From contig CBDDBZ010000032.1 of assembly GCA_965225945.1 (NCBI GenBank), positions 96,001 through 160,000 of the forward strand: a DNA stretch of 64,000 nucleotides. The letters run 5' to 3'. The notes under the pieces were generated by a model that was not told the origin of the DNA, ran no database searches, and saw only the letters and a program-made list of their open reading frames with translations. Shown here in pieces: positions 42,050 to 51,552 of the stretch; the stretch's first letter is position 1, and each line of letters begins with the position of its first letter. A program made the translations under genes and the position numbers. Source of the DNA: Alphaproteobacteria bacterium. Its GTDB lineage: Bacteria > Pseudomonadota > Alphaproteobacteria > GCA-2731375.

Positions 42050-42491
42050 CTTTGTTCGACGATAGAGCCATCGGTCGACTTCGCTTTTGACAGCATGCTA
42101 GCCAACGGGTAGACGTCATGAATCGTGTAATGCACTACGCCTATGACGCATCTTCGCTGCGAGATGCTGGAGGCCACCAATCCGGCGTCGCCGATCAATG
42201 CCCGCTATCTGCCTGGTCCGCCCTCGTGAGCGGCTCACCAGCACCTGTCATGCATCGCGAGGCTTGGTTCTACCCTCTTCACCGAAGCCATCGACGATTT
42301 CTTCCGCCGACGACTGCAGTGGACGACGTGGCGCGCGACAATTTCCGAATACAAGGATTTTCGGGTTCTGGGAGTGAGGCGCTAGCATGCGTTGAAATCT
42401 TTGTTCGACGATAGAGCCATCGGTCGACTTCGCTTTTGACAGCATGCTAGCCAACGGGTAGACGTCATGAATCGTGTAATGCACTACGCCT
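42050..42491 (+). repeat. 93-bp perfect direct repeat (42050-42142 and 42399-42491)
   Basis: CTTTGTTCGACGATAG...ATGAATCGTGTAATGCACTACGCCT repeated at a 349-bp offset; covers the upstream region and first codons of the lipoprotein gene. Confidence 0.92.
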
Positions 42492-43981
42492 TGCTTCCGG
42501 CGTTTCTGGCCCTCGTGAGCGGCTGTGGTGGTGGTGGCAGCGATACCACCGCTTGCAATCTCGCGGCCGGGGCGGTCGGCGGCGTACCCGGTGGTTGCTT
42601 GGGTGCCGGCGGTGGTGGCGGCGGCGCCGTCGGCGTCGGCGTGGTCACTCCGGTGGCGTTGGCCGACGCGGCGTCGACGAACGAGGACAGCGCCCTGCTG
42701 TTGGAAGTTACCAACAACGACTCCAGTGGTACCGGTGACACGGTGATCGCAGCCGTCGGCGTGACGGTGTTCAGCGTTTCGGGGAGCGGCGGCGTCAATC
42801 CGACGAACGGCGTGGCGGTGATCACCGATGGCGCCGGCGGTCTCGTCACCTATACGCCGGATGCCGGGTTCACGGGCACGGATACGTTCAGCTATACGCT
42901 CCAGGACGCCAACGGCGCGACGGCGACGGCGCTGGTCACCGTCACCGTTTTGGCAGGTTTGAACCCGATCTCGGCGACGGGGACGTTGGAGGGTTTGACG
43001 GAGCGTGCGAGTTTCAGAACCACGTCGGCGGCCATCGGGGGACTCCCCTCCGAGTCCGCGCTTCTCACGCGGGACACGACCGACAGCCGCATCACGATTG
43101 GGCCCCTTGCCTACCCCAGCTTTGATTTCGACGTTCTGCTCGGAACGGGCGGCGGTCTCATAAACGCCGACGTCATCGCTACATATGTGGGCGGTTTCAG
43201 TGGCACTGACGGCACCTTGAACTATTGGTCGATCAACCTCGACGCCGCCTCGGTTGCCCATGGGGCTCTAGGTCCCATTCTAATTCCCTCGGCCCATCCC
43301 CATGCCCCCTTTGACGTCGACGATCCAGCTACGGCTTTCGTCGAAAACCTGCCCGCCAACTTCGCCGCGCAGAGTACCCATTTCACGCGGCTCGCCCTTA
43401 CCATTCCCGGACCGGAGGGAAGCACGCTCAGTTTCGCCGGCTATGGCCTTTGGGAGGTGGAAGGACCGAATGTCTTCGGTACGGGTTTTGTCGGTAGCGC
43501 TTTCTCCTTCGGCGTTCTGACGGCGGCGGGCGCCGTACCGACGACTGGTAATGCGATTTACAACGGAACCATGCGCGGATTGTTCAGCCCGACTCCTGGA
43601 ACAGCCCCCAATGCGCTGTCCACCCTGGCGGGGACGGCGACACTGACCGCCGACTTCGCCGCCCAAACGCTGGCGGCCAGCTTCACCGGCATTACCGCAA
43701 CCAGCAACTTTGGCCCGGTGGCCCGCGTAAATGGAGGACTCGCCGGTTCGTTCGTCGATATCAGCGCGACCGCCACCATAGCGAACAACGGCTTCACGGG
43801 CGTGGCGACGACGGTGGCGACGACGGGTGCCGCGATCGCTCCCCTCGCTAATGGCTTGCAGTTGATGGGCGAGATCGACGGCAACTTCTTCGGGCCGGCG
43901 GCGGAGGAAGCGGGCGGCGTCATTCGCTTGGGCAACCCCAGCGGAGCCCACATCGTCGGCGGCTTCGCGGGAACACGATAA
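42467..43981 (+). CDS. Surface lipoprotein: Gly tether, Ig-like (Big_9/cadherin-like) domain, TbpB-like C-terminal barrel
   Basis: Lipobox LVSG-C20; TNED..TYTPDAGFTGTDTFSYT; PTTGNAIYNG, LTADF, GNFFGPAAEEAGG. Confidence 0.8.
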   Translation: MNRVMHYALLPAFLALVSGCGGGGSDTTACNLAAGAVGGVPGGCLGAGGGGGGAVGVGVVTPVALADAASTNEDSALLLEVTNNDSSGTGDTVIAAVGVTVFSVSGSGGVNPTNGVAVITDGAGGLVTYTPDAGFTGTDTFSYTLQDANGATATALVTVTVLAGLNPISATGTLEGLTERASFRTTSAAIGGLPSESALLTRDTTDSRITIGPLAYPSFDFDVLLGTGGGLINADVIATYVGGFSGTDGTLNYWSINLDAASVAHGALGPILIPSAHPHAPFDVDDPATAFVENLPANFAAQSTHFTRLALTIPGPEGSTLSFAGYGLWEVEGPNVFGTGFVGSAFSFGVLTAAGAVPTTGNAIYNGTMRGLFSPTPGTAPNALSTLAGTATLTADFAAQTLAASFTGITATSNFGPVARVNGGLAGSFVDISATATIANNGFTGVATTVATTGAAIAPLANGLQLMGEIDGNFFGPAAEEAGGVIRLGNPSGAHIVGGFAGTR

Positions 43982-44056
43982 GGCACGGGACAACCGCCTC
44001 GACCGCGAGGAAGGCTCTTGATACGATCCGATTGTCTCCGATCCGATTGTCGTTGA

Positions 44057-45439
44057 ATGCGTCTGCTCGCCGCCGTGCTGTCGGTCGTGATCGCCTCGAC
44101 GACGGCGTTCGCGGCCGAAGAGGCCGCGAAGCCCGTCGTCGTCGCCGCCACGGAGGCGACCGCGCCGCTCCATCCCGCCGACGCGGCGATGATCGAGAAG
44201 GCCAAGCAGCTCGTCGTCCAGCAGCGCTACGAGGACGCGCTCGCGCTCCTGGACCTGATCGAGCCCAAGACCACGTCGGCGACGATCGAGATCGAATTCC
44301 TGCGCGCGCAAAACGCGGAGTTGCGGCGTGACCTGGAAGCGGCCGTCCCGCACTACCGCAATATCCTGGCCGATCATCCCGAGCTGACGCGGGTCCGGCT
44401 GGAGCTGGCGCGCGTCCTTTTTAGGCTTGAGGACGACGGTGCCGCCCGCCACCATTTCGAGCTCGTTCTGGGCGCGAACCCACCGCCGGCCGTGCGCGAA
44501 AAAGTCGACCAATTTCTGACCGCCATACACAACCGGCGCCGGCTCAAGTTCAAGTTCGGCGCCTCCCTGGTGCCGGACACCAACATCAATTCGGCCACGG
44601 ATGCCAACAAGACCACCCTATTTGGCGTGCCCTTCAACCTCTCGGACGATGCCAGACGGTCCTCCGGCGTCGGCATTTCCTTGAACGGTGGCGTCGACTA
44701 CTCCCGACCGATCCATGAGGGCTCAATCTGGAGACCGGGGCCGCCGCCAATTATCTGGACTATTCCGGCGGCGCCTTCGACGATCTGAGTCTATCGGGCT
44801 ATCTCGGTGACCGGTATTATTTCGGCGCCAACGATATCGGTATCGCCGCGACCAGCTTCAGGCGCTGGTACGCGAATGACGGATACAGCCTCTCGCTCGG
44901 GGGCCGCGCCGACTTCGGCCATCGTTTCACGCCGCAATGGAGCGGACGTCTGCGGGTGAGCGGGCATAGCGTCGACTATGATGGATTTTCCGGCTCGAGC
45001 AGTGGCGTGAGAAGGACCGACCTCGATGGAAGCGTCTATCACTTCCAGGCGGAGGCGCATTACGCCGTCGACGCTCAATCGCAAATTAGTTTCCTCGGTG
45101 GCTCGATCTTGGAGGATACCGACGATCCGGCTTTTTCGAACATTTCGCCCTTCGTCGGCTTCGGCTATCAACGGAAATTCCCGTATCGGATCACCGCCGG
45201 CATTCAGCCGTTGCTGTTTTTCCGCCTCTTCGACGAGCCGCTCGGCGCGTTTGGGAAAACCCGCGAGGATGTTGCCCTCAGGGTCAAGACGACGTTGATC
45301 TATCGCACGGACCTATTCTCGGGGGGGGGGGGGTTTCGCGCCGACGGTCACCTACACCTACACCTACAACGATTCCAACATCGGGCTCTTTGATTACGTC
45401 CGCCATCGCCTCGAGCTCGGCCTCACCCGCGAGTTTTGA
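44057..45439 (+). pseudogene. Slam/DUF560 surface-lipoprotein exporter (TPR + beta-barrel), two frameshifts as sequenced
   Basis: Signal peptide, RVRLELARVLF, VPDTNINSAT, SGVG; shifts at GGG 44719-44721 and G13 45321-45333; ends NDSNIGLFDYVRHRLELGLTREF*. Confidence 0.8.
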
Positions 45440-45666
45440 GCCGCGCCTCGCGCGGCGTCGGCGGCGCGGCGCCGGTTGAAGCGCTCGTTCCCTTCCCGGG
45501 CATGGCGCGGCAGGTGCTTGGCGCGGGCCGTCAGTGGATCGTGGAGAAGAACGGTGAGCCCCGCGGATGGTGCCGTGGCACCGCGGGCCGGCCGGGAAGG
45601 TGGTGGTCTTCGCGTGGCCAAGCGGGATGGTGCGCGCACGGGCGCTTACCATCCGAGCCCTCGGCT

Positions 45667-45678
45667 GATAACGTTATC
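45667..45678. promoter_or_regulatory. LacI-type operator-like palindrome
   Basis: Perfect GATAACGTTATC with central CG, 35 bp upstream of ATG 45713. Confidence 0.4.
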
Positions 45679-45712
45679 GGCGACCACCTTGGGAACCGCG
45701 AGGAGCGAGACC

Positions 45713-46639
45713 ATGTCGAAAGTCGATTCCGCCGACGACGGGCAAGCGGACGAACTGCCTTGGCAGTGGCAGGAACAGCGTTGGCGGGCGATCGTCGAGA
45801 AAGTGCGCGCCGGCCGCTCGTTGAAGCCGAAGGTCTGGAAGGACGGCGCGGCTTGTGCCGTCGCGCTCTCGTTCGATTCGGACCACGAGTCGACGACGCT
45901 CCGCTTCGGCCAGACCTCGCCCGGCAAGCTCAGCCAGGGCGAATACGGCTCCCGCGCGGCGATGCCCAGGATCCGCCGCCTGCTGGCCCGCCACGAGATT
46001 CGCGCCAGCTTCTTCGTGCCCGCGGTCGTCGCCAAGCTGCACCCGGAAGAGCAGCGGGCCCTCGTCGACGAGGGCCACGAGATCGCCATCCACGGCTGGA
46101 TCCACGAGTTCAACGGCACCCTACCGCCCGACGCCGAGCGCGACCTCCAGATGCGCGCGGCCGACGTGCTGGAAGAGATCTCCGGCCAGCGCCCCGTCGG
46201 CATCCGCACGCCGTCCTGGGACTTCAGCCAGCACACGCTGGCGATCAGCCGGGAGATGGGTTTGCTCTACGACAGCTCCCTCATGGCCGACGACGAGCCC
46301 TACGAGATCGTCGAAGACGGCGAGCCGACCGGCATGGTCGAGTTGCCGGTCGAATGGATCCGCGACGACGCGGTTTACTTCAACATGGATCGCGGGACGA
46401 CGCTCAGGCCCTACACCGCGCCCTCGGCGGTGCTGGAGATCTTCCGCGCCGAGTTCGACGGGGCCCATGGCGACGGCGGGCTGTTCCTGCTGACCATGCA
46501 CCCCCACATCATCGGCCACCGCTCGCGCCTGGCGCTGCTGGAGACTCTGATCGAGCACATCAAGGGCCACGAGGACGTCTGGTTCGCCACCCACGCCGAA
46601 ATCGCCGAATATTGCCTGGCCCACGGCGGGGAGTGCTAG
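45713..46639 (+). CDS. Polysaccharide deacetylase family (PuuE/HpPgdA-like)
   Basis: LSFDSD, HEIAIHGWIHE, RTPSW, YDSSLM, LTMHPH. Confidence 0.88.
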   Translation: MSKVDSADDGQADELPWQWQEQRWRAIVEKVRAGRSLKPKVWKDGAACAVALSFDSDHESTTLRFGQTSPGKLSQGEYGSRAAMPRIRRLLARHEIRASFFVPAVVAKLHPEEQRALVDEGHEIAIHGWIHEFNGTLPPDAERDLQMRAADVLEEISGQRPVGIRTPSWDFSQHTLAISREMGLLYDSSLMADDEPYEIVEDGEPTGMVELPVEWIRDDAVYFNMDRGTTLRPYTAPSAVLEIFRAEFDGAHGDGGLFLLTMHPHIIGHRSRLALLETLIEHIKGHEDVWFATHAEIAEYCLAHGGEC

Positions 46640-46674
46640 TGGATAGAATCCACTAAGTTCCCCGGCGTCCGTCG

Positions 46675-47364
46675 TCAGCCGTCGAGGATGATCCCGGTCA
46701 ACGCGTCGGGCGTGCTCAGCATCGGGTAGTGGCCGGTGTCGAGCTCGTGCCAGCTCGCACCGAGCGCCTCGGCCGAGCGCCGTTGGTGTGCCTCGCCCGG
46801 ATTGGCCGCCTGGCGGCAGTAGAGCACGGCGGCGTTCCACGCCATGGCCCAGAATCGCTCCAGCTCCACCGGTCTCGTGAAGCAGGCAATGGGGTGGAGC
46901 GTGATCCGGTCCACCGTCCAGGCGCGGAGATCGGGCTCCAGGTCCTTGAACAGGCGGCCCTCGGCGTCCGCCCGGTCGGGTCCGCGCGCGATGTCGGTCT
47001 CGATCGCCGCCGGACGGGCGACGATGTCGCGGATCTTCTCGCCGTGCCTCAACGCCAGCGCGTCGGCGAAAACCAGTCGGCTGACGCGTTCGGGCACCGT
47101 TTCGGCAACCTTCGCCATCACCATGCCGCCGCTGGACGTCCCGGCCAGCACCACCTCGTCGAGATCCTCGTAAAACAGCAGCTTGGCGACTTCCTCGGCC
47201 TGGGTCTCGGTCGTGATCCCGGGCCGAATCGAGGCCGAACGTTCACCGCAGCCGTCCAAGGTCGGCGTCAATACCCGGTGGCCGGCATCCCGCAGGCGGC
47301 GCGCCACTCCTCCCCAGATCCAGCCACCCTGATAGGCGCCGTGAAGCAGCACGAACGTCGTCAT
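46675..47364 (-). CDS. Alpha/beta fold hydrolase (esterase-like)
   Basis: LHGAYQGGW, GTSSGG, TGHYPM. Confidence 0.85.
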   Translation of the reverse strand: MTTFVLLHGAYQGGWIWGGVARRLRDAGHRVLTPTLDGCGERSASIRPGITTETQAEEVAKLLFYEDLDEVVLAGTSSGGMVMAKVAETVPERVSRLVFADALALRHGEKIRDIVARPAAIETDIARGPDRADAEGRLFKDLEPDLRAWTVDRITLHPIACFTRPVELERFWAMAWNAAVLYCRQAANPGEAHQRRSAEALGASWHELDTGHYPMLSTPDALTGIILDG

Positions 47365-47409
47365 CGCCCGCCTCCTACTCTCGAAGAGGTTCGACCGAGG
47401 TGTCCGGCG

Positions 47410-47850
47410 TTACCACTTGCCGGTGTTTTCCATCGAGGCCCAGGGCTCGGCGGCGTCCCTGGGGCCGCCCTTCTGCAACAGCTCGATCGACACGTTGTCG
47501 GGCGAGCGGATGAAGGCCATGTAGCCGTCGCGCGGCGGACGGTTGATGGTGACGCCGTCGTCCATCAGCTTCTGGCAAGTGGCGTAGATGTCGTCGACCT
47601 CGAAGGCCAGGTGACCAAAGTTGCGGCCCTCGCCATAGTCCTCCGGATCCCAGTTGTAGGTGAGCTCCAGCAGCGGCGCCTTGCTGTCGCGCGCGGTCTC
47701 TTCGTCCGACGGCGCCGCGAGGAAGATGTTGGTGTAGCGGCCCTTCTCGCTCTCGGTCCGGCGCACCTCGACCATGCCCAACAAGCCGCAGTAGAAGCCC
47801 AGCGTGTCGTCGAGATTGGAGACACGCACCATGGTGTGCAGATATTTCAT
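47410..47850 (-). CDS. gloA: Lactoylglutathione lyase / VOC family
   Basis: YLHTMVRV, LELTYNW, FGHLAF, SIELLQ. Confidence 0.88.
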   Translation of the reverse strand: MKYLHTMVRVSNLDDTLGFYCGLLGMVEVRRTESEKGRYTNIFLAAPSDEETARDSKAPLLELTYNWDPEDYGEGRNFGHLAFEVDDIYATCQKLMDDGVTINRPPRDGYMAFIRSPDNVSIELLQKGGPRDAAEPWASMENTGKW

Positions 47851-47918
47851 CGGAACTCCTCCCTGACCGTCGTCCGCTCGGAGATTGATAGCACGTCGTC
47901 GCGGCCCGGCAACCGCCC

Positions 47919-49574
47919 TCAGCCGAAGGGCCGGAGGTTGGAGATCGCCTGTTCCTCGCTGGTGATGAACTCCAGCAGCGCCGCCTGGCCGTTCTCGGTC
48001 GCGCGCCGGGCGCGCAGGATCGCCGGGCCGACCTCGGCCGGATCCTCCACCCGCTCCGCCCAACCTCCGAGCGCGCGGGCGATATCGGCATATTCGCCGC
48101 CGACGTCGCGGCTCCGGTAGCGCTCGTGGCTGCGCGCCATATGGGTGACCTCGACCGCCATGGTCGCGTTCTTCAGAACGATGGTACAGATTGGCAGGTT
48201 CATCCTGACTGCGGTCTCGAAGTCGAGCCCGGTCATGCCGAAGGCCGCATCGCCCATGAAGTTGACGCAGAACTTGTCGGGCGCCGCGAGCTTGGCGCCG
48301 ATGTTCAGGCCCAGGCCCGTGCCCAACTGGTGCGACTTGCCCCAGCCGAGATAACTGCGCGGCCCGTCGGACTGATAGAACGGCATGATCTCGTAGCGCG
48401 GGTTGCCGGAATCGTGGGTGACGATGGCTTCCGCCGGGGGCACGTTTCGCATCAGCTCCCAGATCACCCGGTAGGGGTTGATCGGCACCTCATCGGAGCT
48501 GAGCTTGGCCATCCATTCGGCGAGCCAAGCCTCGCGCGTCCGGGCGATCACGCCGGCGACGTCGCGCGCCTCGCGCGCCGGCCCCGCGCTCAGCAGATCC
48601 TCGGCGCACTCGATGAACTGCCGCAGCACCAACTTGGCGTCACCCAAGATCGGATGGTCGGCGGCGTAGCTCTTGTTGAGATCGATTTCGTCGTTGGTGG
48701 CGTGGATGATGGTCTTGCCGGGCGGGATCGGCGTCACCATGCCGTGCCGCGTCAGGCTGGTGCCGACGGCGAGTATCAGGTCGGCCTGGCTGAGGAAGAG
48801 GCGCACGGCATCGTTCATCACGCCGGAGCCGCTGCCGAGGGCCAAGGGATGGCGGCGCTCGGAAATCGCGCTCTTGCCCTCCATCGTCGTCATGACGGGA
48901 AGTTCGAGGGCTTCCGCCAGCGCTGCGAGCTCTTCCGTCGCCTCGGCGTAGAGGACGCCGGCGCCGGCGACGACGATCGGCCGCGCCGCCGCGAGAAGCG
49001 CGCGCGTCGCCGCCTCCACGTCCGCCGGATCCCCTTGGGCTCGGGTCGCGCGCACCGGCTCATAGGCCTCGACCTGGGCGTCGTCGATTTCGCAAGCGCC
49101 GACGTCCTGCGGCAGCTCCACCATGACCGGCCCGGGCCGTCCCGTCTTGAGGCGCGAGAGCGCGCGGCGCATCGCCGGCACCGTCCGCTCGGGCACCGAG
49201 ATCTGTTCCACCGACTTGGTCATCGATTCATAGCCCCGCGGCGCGCTGAAGAGGGGGAAGACCCCGTCACGCTCGCGCGGGTGGCCGAGCGGCAGCAGCA
49301 GCATCGGGGTCGAGTCTGAATAGGCGGTGGCGATGCCGGGATAGGCGTTCTCGGCGCCGGGCCCGTACTGCATGGCGAAGACCGAGGGCGGCTTGCCGTT
49401 GGTCACCCGCGCGAAGCCGTCGGCGATGCCGACGCCAACGCGTTCCTGCCGGCAGATCACCGGGCGGATGCCGATCGCCGCCGCCGATTCGATCAGCGGC
49501 GTCGTCGGATAGCAGCTCAGATGTTCCACTCCCTCTGCCTCGAGGATCTTGGCGATGGCGTCGACGACGAGCAT
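47919..49574 (-). CDS. Thiamine-diphosphate-dependent enzyme (acetolactate synthase large-subunit-like)
   Basis: RQERVG, GPGAEN, GRPGPV, GDAAF..N. Confidence 0.9.
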   Translation of the reverse strand: MLVVDAIAKILEAEGVEHLSCYPTTPLIESAAAIGIRPVICRQERVGVGIADGFARVTNGKPPSVFAMQYGPGAENAYPGIATAYSDSTPMLLLPLGHPRERDGVFPLFSAPRGYESMTKSVEQISVPERTVPAMRRALSRLKTGRPGPVMVELPQDVGACEIDDAQVEAYEPVRATRAQGDPADVEAATRALLAAARPIVVAGAGVLYAEATEELAALAEALELPVMTTMEGKSAISERRHPLALGSGSGVMNDAVRLFLSQADLILAVGTSLTRHGMVTPIPPGKTIIHATNDEIDLNKSYAADHPILGDAKLVLRQFIECAEDLLSAGPAREARDVAGVIARTREAWLAEWMAKLSSDEVPINPYRVIWELMRNVPPAEAIVTHDSGNPRYEIMPFYQSDGPRSYLGWGKSHQLGTGLGLNIGAKLAAPDKFCVNFMGDAAFGMTGLDFETAVRMNLPICTIVLKNATMAVEVTHMARSHERYRSRDVGGEYADIARALGGWAERVEDPAEVGPAILRARRATENGQAALLEFITSEEQAISNLRPFG

Positions 49575-49632
49575 GGCATTCTCCCTGGCGCCCGAATGGC
49601 GCGGTTGGACGCTGCCCCAAGTTCGAGCGCGC

Positions 49633-50778
49633 CTACGCGCGGCCGAAATCGTAGAGTTCGACCGCGTTGGCGCAGACCACGCGGTGGCGCGTCGCCTCGG
49701 GGAGATGGCCGAGCTCGGCCTCGATGAAATCTTGCGAATCGGGCCAGATCCCGTCGGGGTGCGGAAAATCGGAGCCCCACATCACGTTCTCGATGCCGAG
49801 CAAGTCCAGGAGCCGGGTGCCGACCTTGTCGCTTTGATAGGTCGCATGGCACTGGCGGTACCAGTAGTCCGACGGCTTCATGGTAAGCGTCAGGTCCTTG
49901 AACTGGTCCTCCCACTCCAGGTCCATGTGGTCGAGGACGTAGGGGATCCAGCCGATCCCCGCCTCGCCGATCACGACGCGCAGGTTCGACCACCGCTCCA
50001 GGATGCCGCCGAAGATCACCTCCATCAAGATCCGCGCCATCGCCATTTGGAAGCCGGAAATTTGCACCGCGAAGGACTGCCGCTCCTGCAAGGGCGCGAA
50101 ATCGGTCGTATCCGGCTTGGGCGTGCCGATGGTGTGGAAATGGACCGGCAGCCCGGTCTCGGCCGCCGCCTCCCAAAGCGGGTACCAGTCGGGATGGAAG
50201 AGCGGCAGCATGTCGTGGCTGTTGGAGACCTCGACGCCCCTGAGCACGCCACGATTCGCGACCCGGTGGACTTCTTCCACGGCCGCCGCGACATCGTGGT
50301 TGGGGAGCGAGGCGAGACCGGCGAAACGATCCGGCCGCGCCGAACAGAACTCGGCCAGCCATTCGTTGTAAATTCGCGTCATCTCCGCCGCCGCGTCCCC
50401 GTCGCCGAGCCGCATGCAGGCGCCGAGGATGCCGTAGAGCACCTCGCCCTGGATGCCGTCCAGATCCTGGTCCTTGACCCTGAGCTCGGGATCGGTGAGC
50501 CGACGGATCCCCTTCTTGCCGTCCTCGTAGAGACCCTGTTCCGCCATCCGGTCGGAGCGGTGGATGACGCCCGGCACATATTCCCGCCCGGCCGAGCCCA
50601 TGGCGTTCATCAAACCGAACTCGGCGCCGTTATTGGCGACCCACTTCGGCCCCTTCTCGCCGTCGACGACATGTGGCATGCGATCGCGCAAGCCGGTCGA
50701 GGCATTCTCGGTGAAGAGTTTCGGCGGCAGCCAGATCAAGTCGATATGACAGTCGGCCGAGATGACCTTGTATTCCAC
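49633..50778 (-). CDS. Amidohydrolase_2 family protein
   Basis: ISADCH, PVHFH, EAGIGW, WGSDFPH. Confidence 0.9.
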   Translation of the reverse strand: MEYKVISADCHIDLIWLPPKLFTENASTGLRDRMPHVVDGEKGPKWVANNGAEFGLMNAMGSAGREYVPGVIHRSDRMAEQGLYEDGKKGIRRLTDPELRVKDQDLDGIQGEVLYGILGACMRLGDGDAAAEMTRIYNEWLAEFCSARPDRFAGLASLPNHDVAAAVEEVHRVANRGVLRGVEVSNSHDMLPLFHPDWYPLWEAAAETGLPVHFHTIGTPKPDTTDFAPLQERQSFAVQISGFQMAMARILMEVIFGGILERWSNLRVVIGEAGIGWIPYVLDHMDLEWEDQFKDLTLTMKPSDYWYRQCHATYQSDKVGTRLLDLLGIENVMWGSDFPHPDGIWPDSQDFIEAELGHLPEATRHRVVCANAVELYDFGRA

Positions 50779-50942
50779 GGGTTCTCCCCCCTTTCCTCAT
50801 GCTCGCCCGCGATCCTAGAAAGTCCGGGCGGTCGAGGCAACGGCGCCACCGCCCTCGCCATCATCCTCGGCTTTGACAGTCTTCCGCAAACCGGCTGTAC
50901 TCGGCGCCACTCGGACAAAGCCGAGGAAGACGGGGGGAGATA

Positions 50943-51443
50943 ATGAGTGGTTTGACGCTGAGCAGCCAGAGCTTCGCCGACGGCGATTATCTCGCCAACG
51001 ATCACGTCCTGTCGGAGGCCTATGGCTTCGGCTGCGCGGGCGGCAACCTTTCGCCGCAATTCTCCTGGAGCGGCGCGCCGGACGGCACCAAGAGCTTCGC
51101 GCTGACCTGCTTCGATCCCGACGCGCCGACGGGGAGCGGCTTTTGGCATTGGGTCGTGGTCAACATCCCGGCCGACGTCACCTCGCTCGATCTGGGCGCG
51201 GGCGATCCCACCTCCGCCAAGTTGCCGTCGGGGGCGCTCGCGGTCAGGACCGATTTCGGCGCGCCCGGCTACGGCGGCCCTTGCCCGCCGGAGGGCGACC
51301 ATCCGCACCGCTATCTTTTTACGCTGCACGCGGTCGCTCTGGAGGCGCTGCCATTCGAGCCACCTTCGCCGGCGGTCGCCGGTTTCCTTCTCCACTTCAA
51401 CACGTTGGCGAAGGCGAGCCTGATGGGCCTCTACAAGCGCTAA
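50943..51443 (+). CDS. YbhB/YbcL (PEBP) family protein
   Basis: NLSP, DPDAPTGSGFWHW, YGGPCPP, HRY. Confidence 0.93.
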   Translation: MSGLTLSSQSFADGDYLANDHVLSEAYGFGCAGGNLSPQFSWSGAPDGTKSFALTCFDPDAPTGSGFWHWVVVNIPADVTSLDLGAGDPTSAKLPSGALAVRTDFGAPGYGGPCPPEGDHPHRYLFTLHAVALEALPFEPPSPAVAGFLLHFNTLAKASLMGLYKR

Positions 51444-51552
51444 ACCTCATGTCCGCCCACGCGACGTAATGAGGCGACACGTTACGTTTACACTCCGAGC
51501 CTATCATGGTGTATCCTTCGGGACAGATTGAATCCGACGCAAGGATCGCCCA

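Noticed and set aside
42050-42491. 93-bp repeat as a DGR template/variable repeat pair
   Set aside because: The copies are identical with no adenine-specific mismatches, lie at the 5' end of the gene, and no RT is nearby
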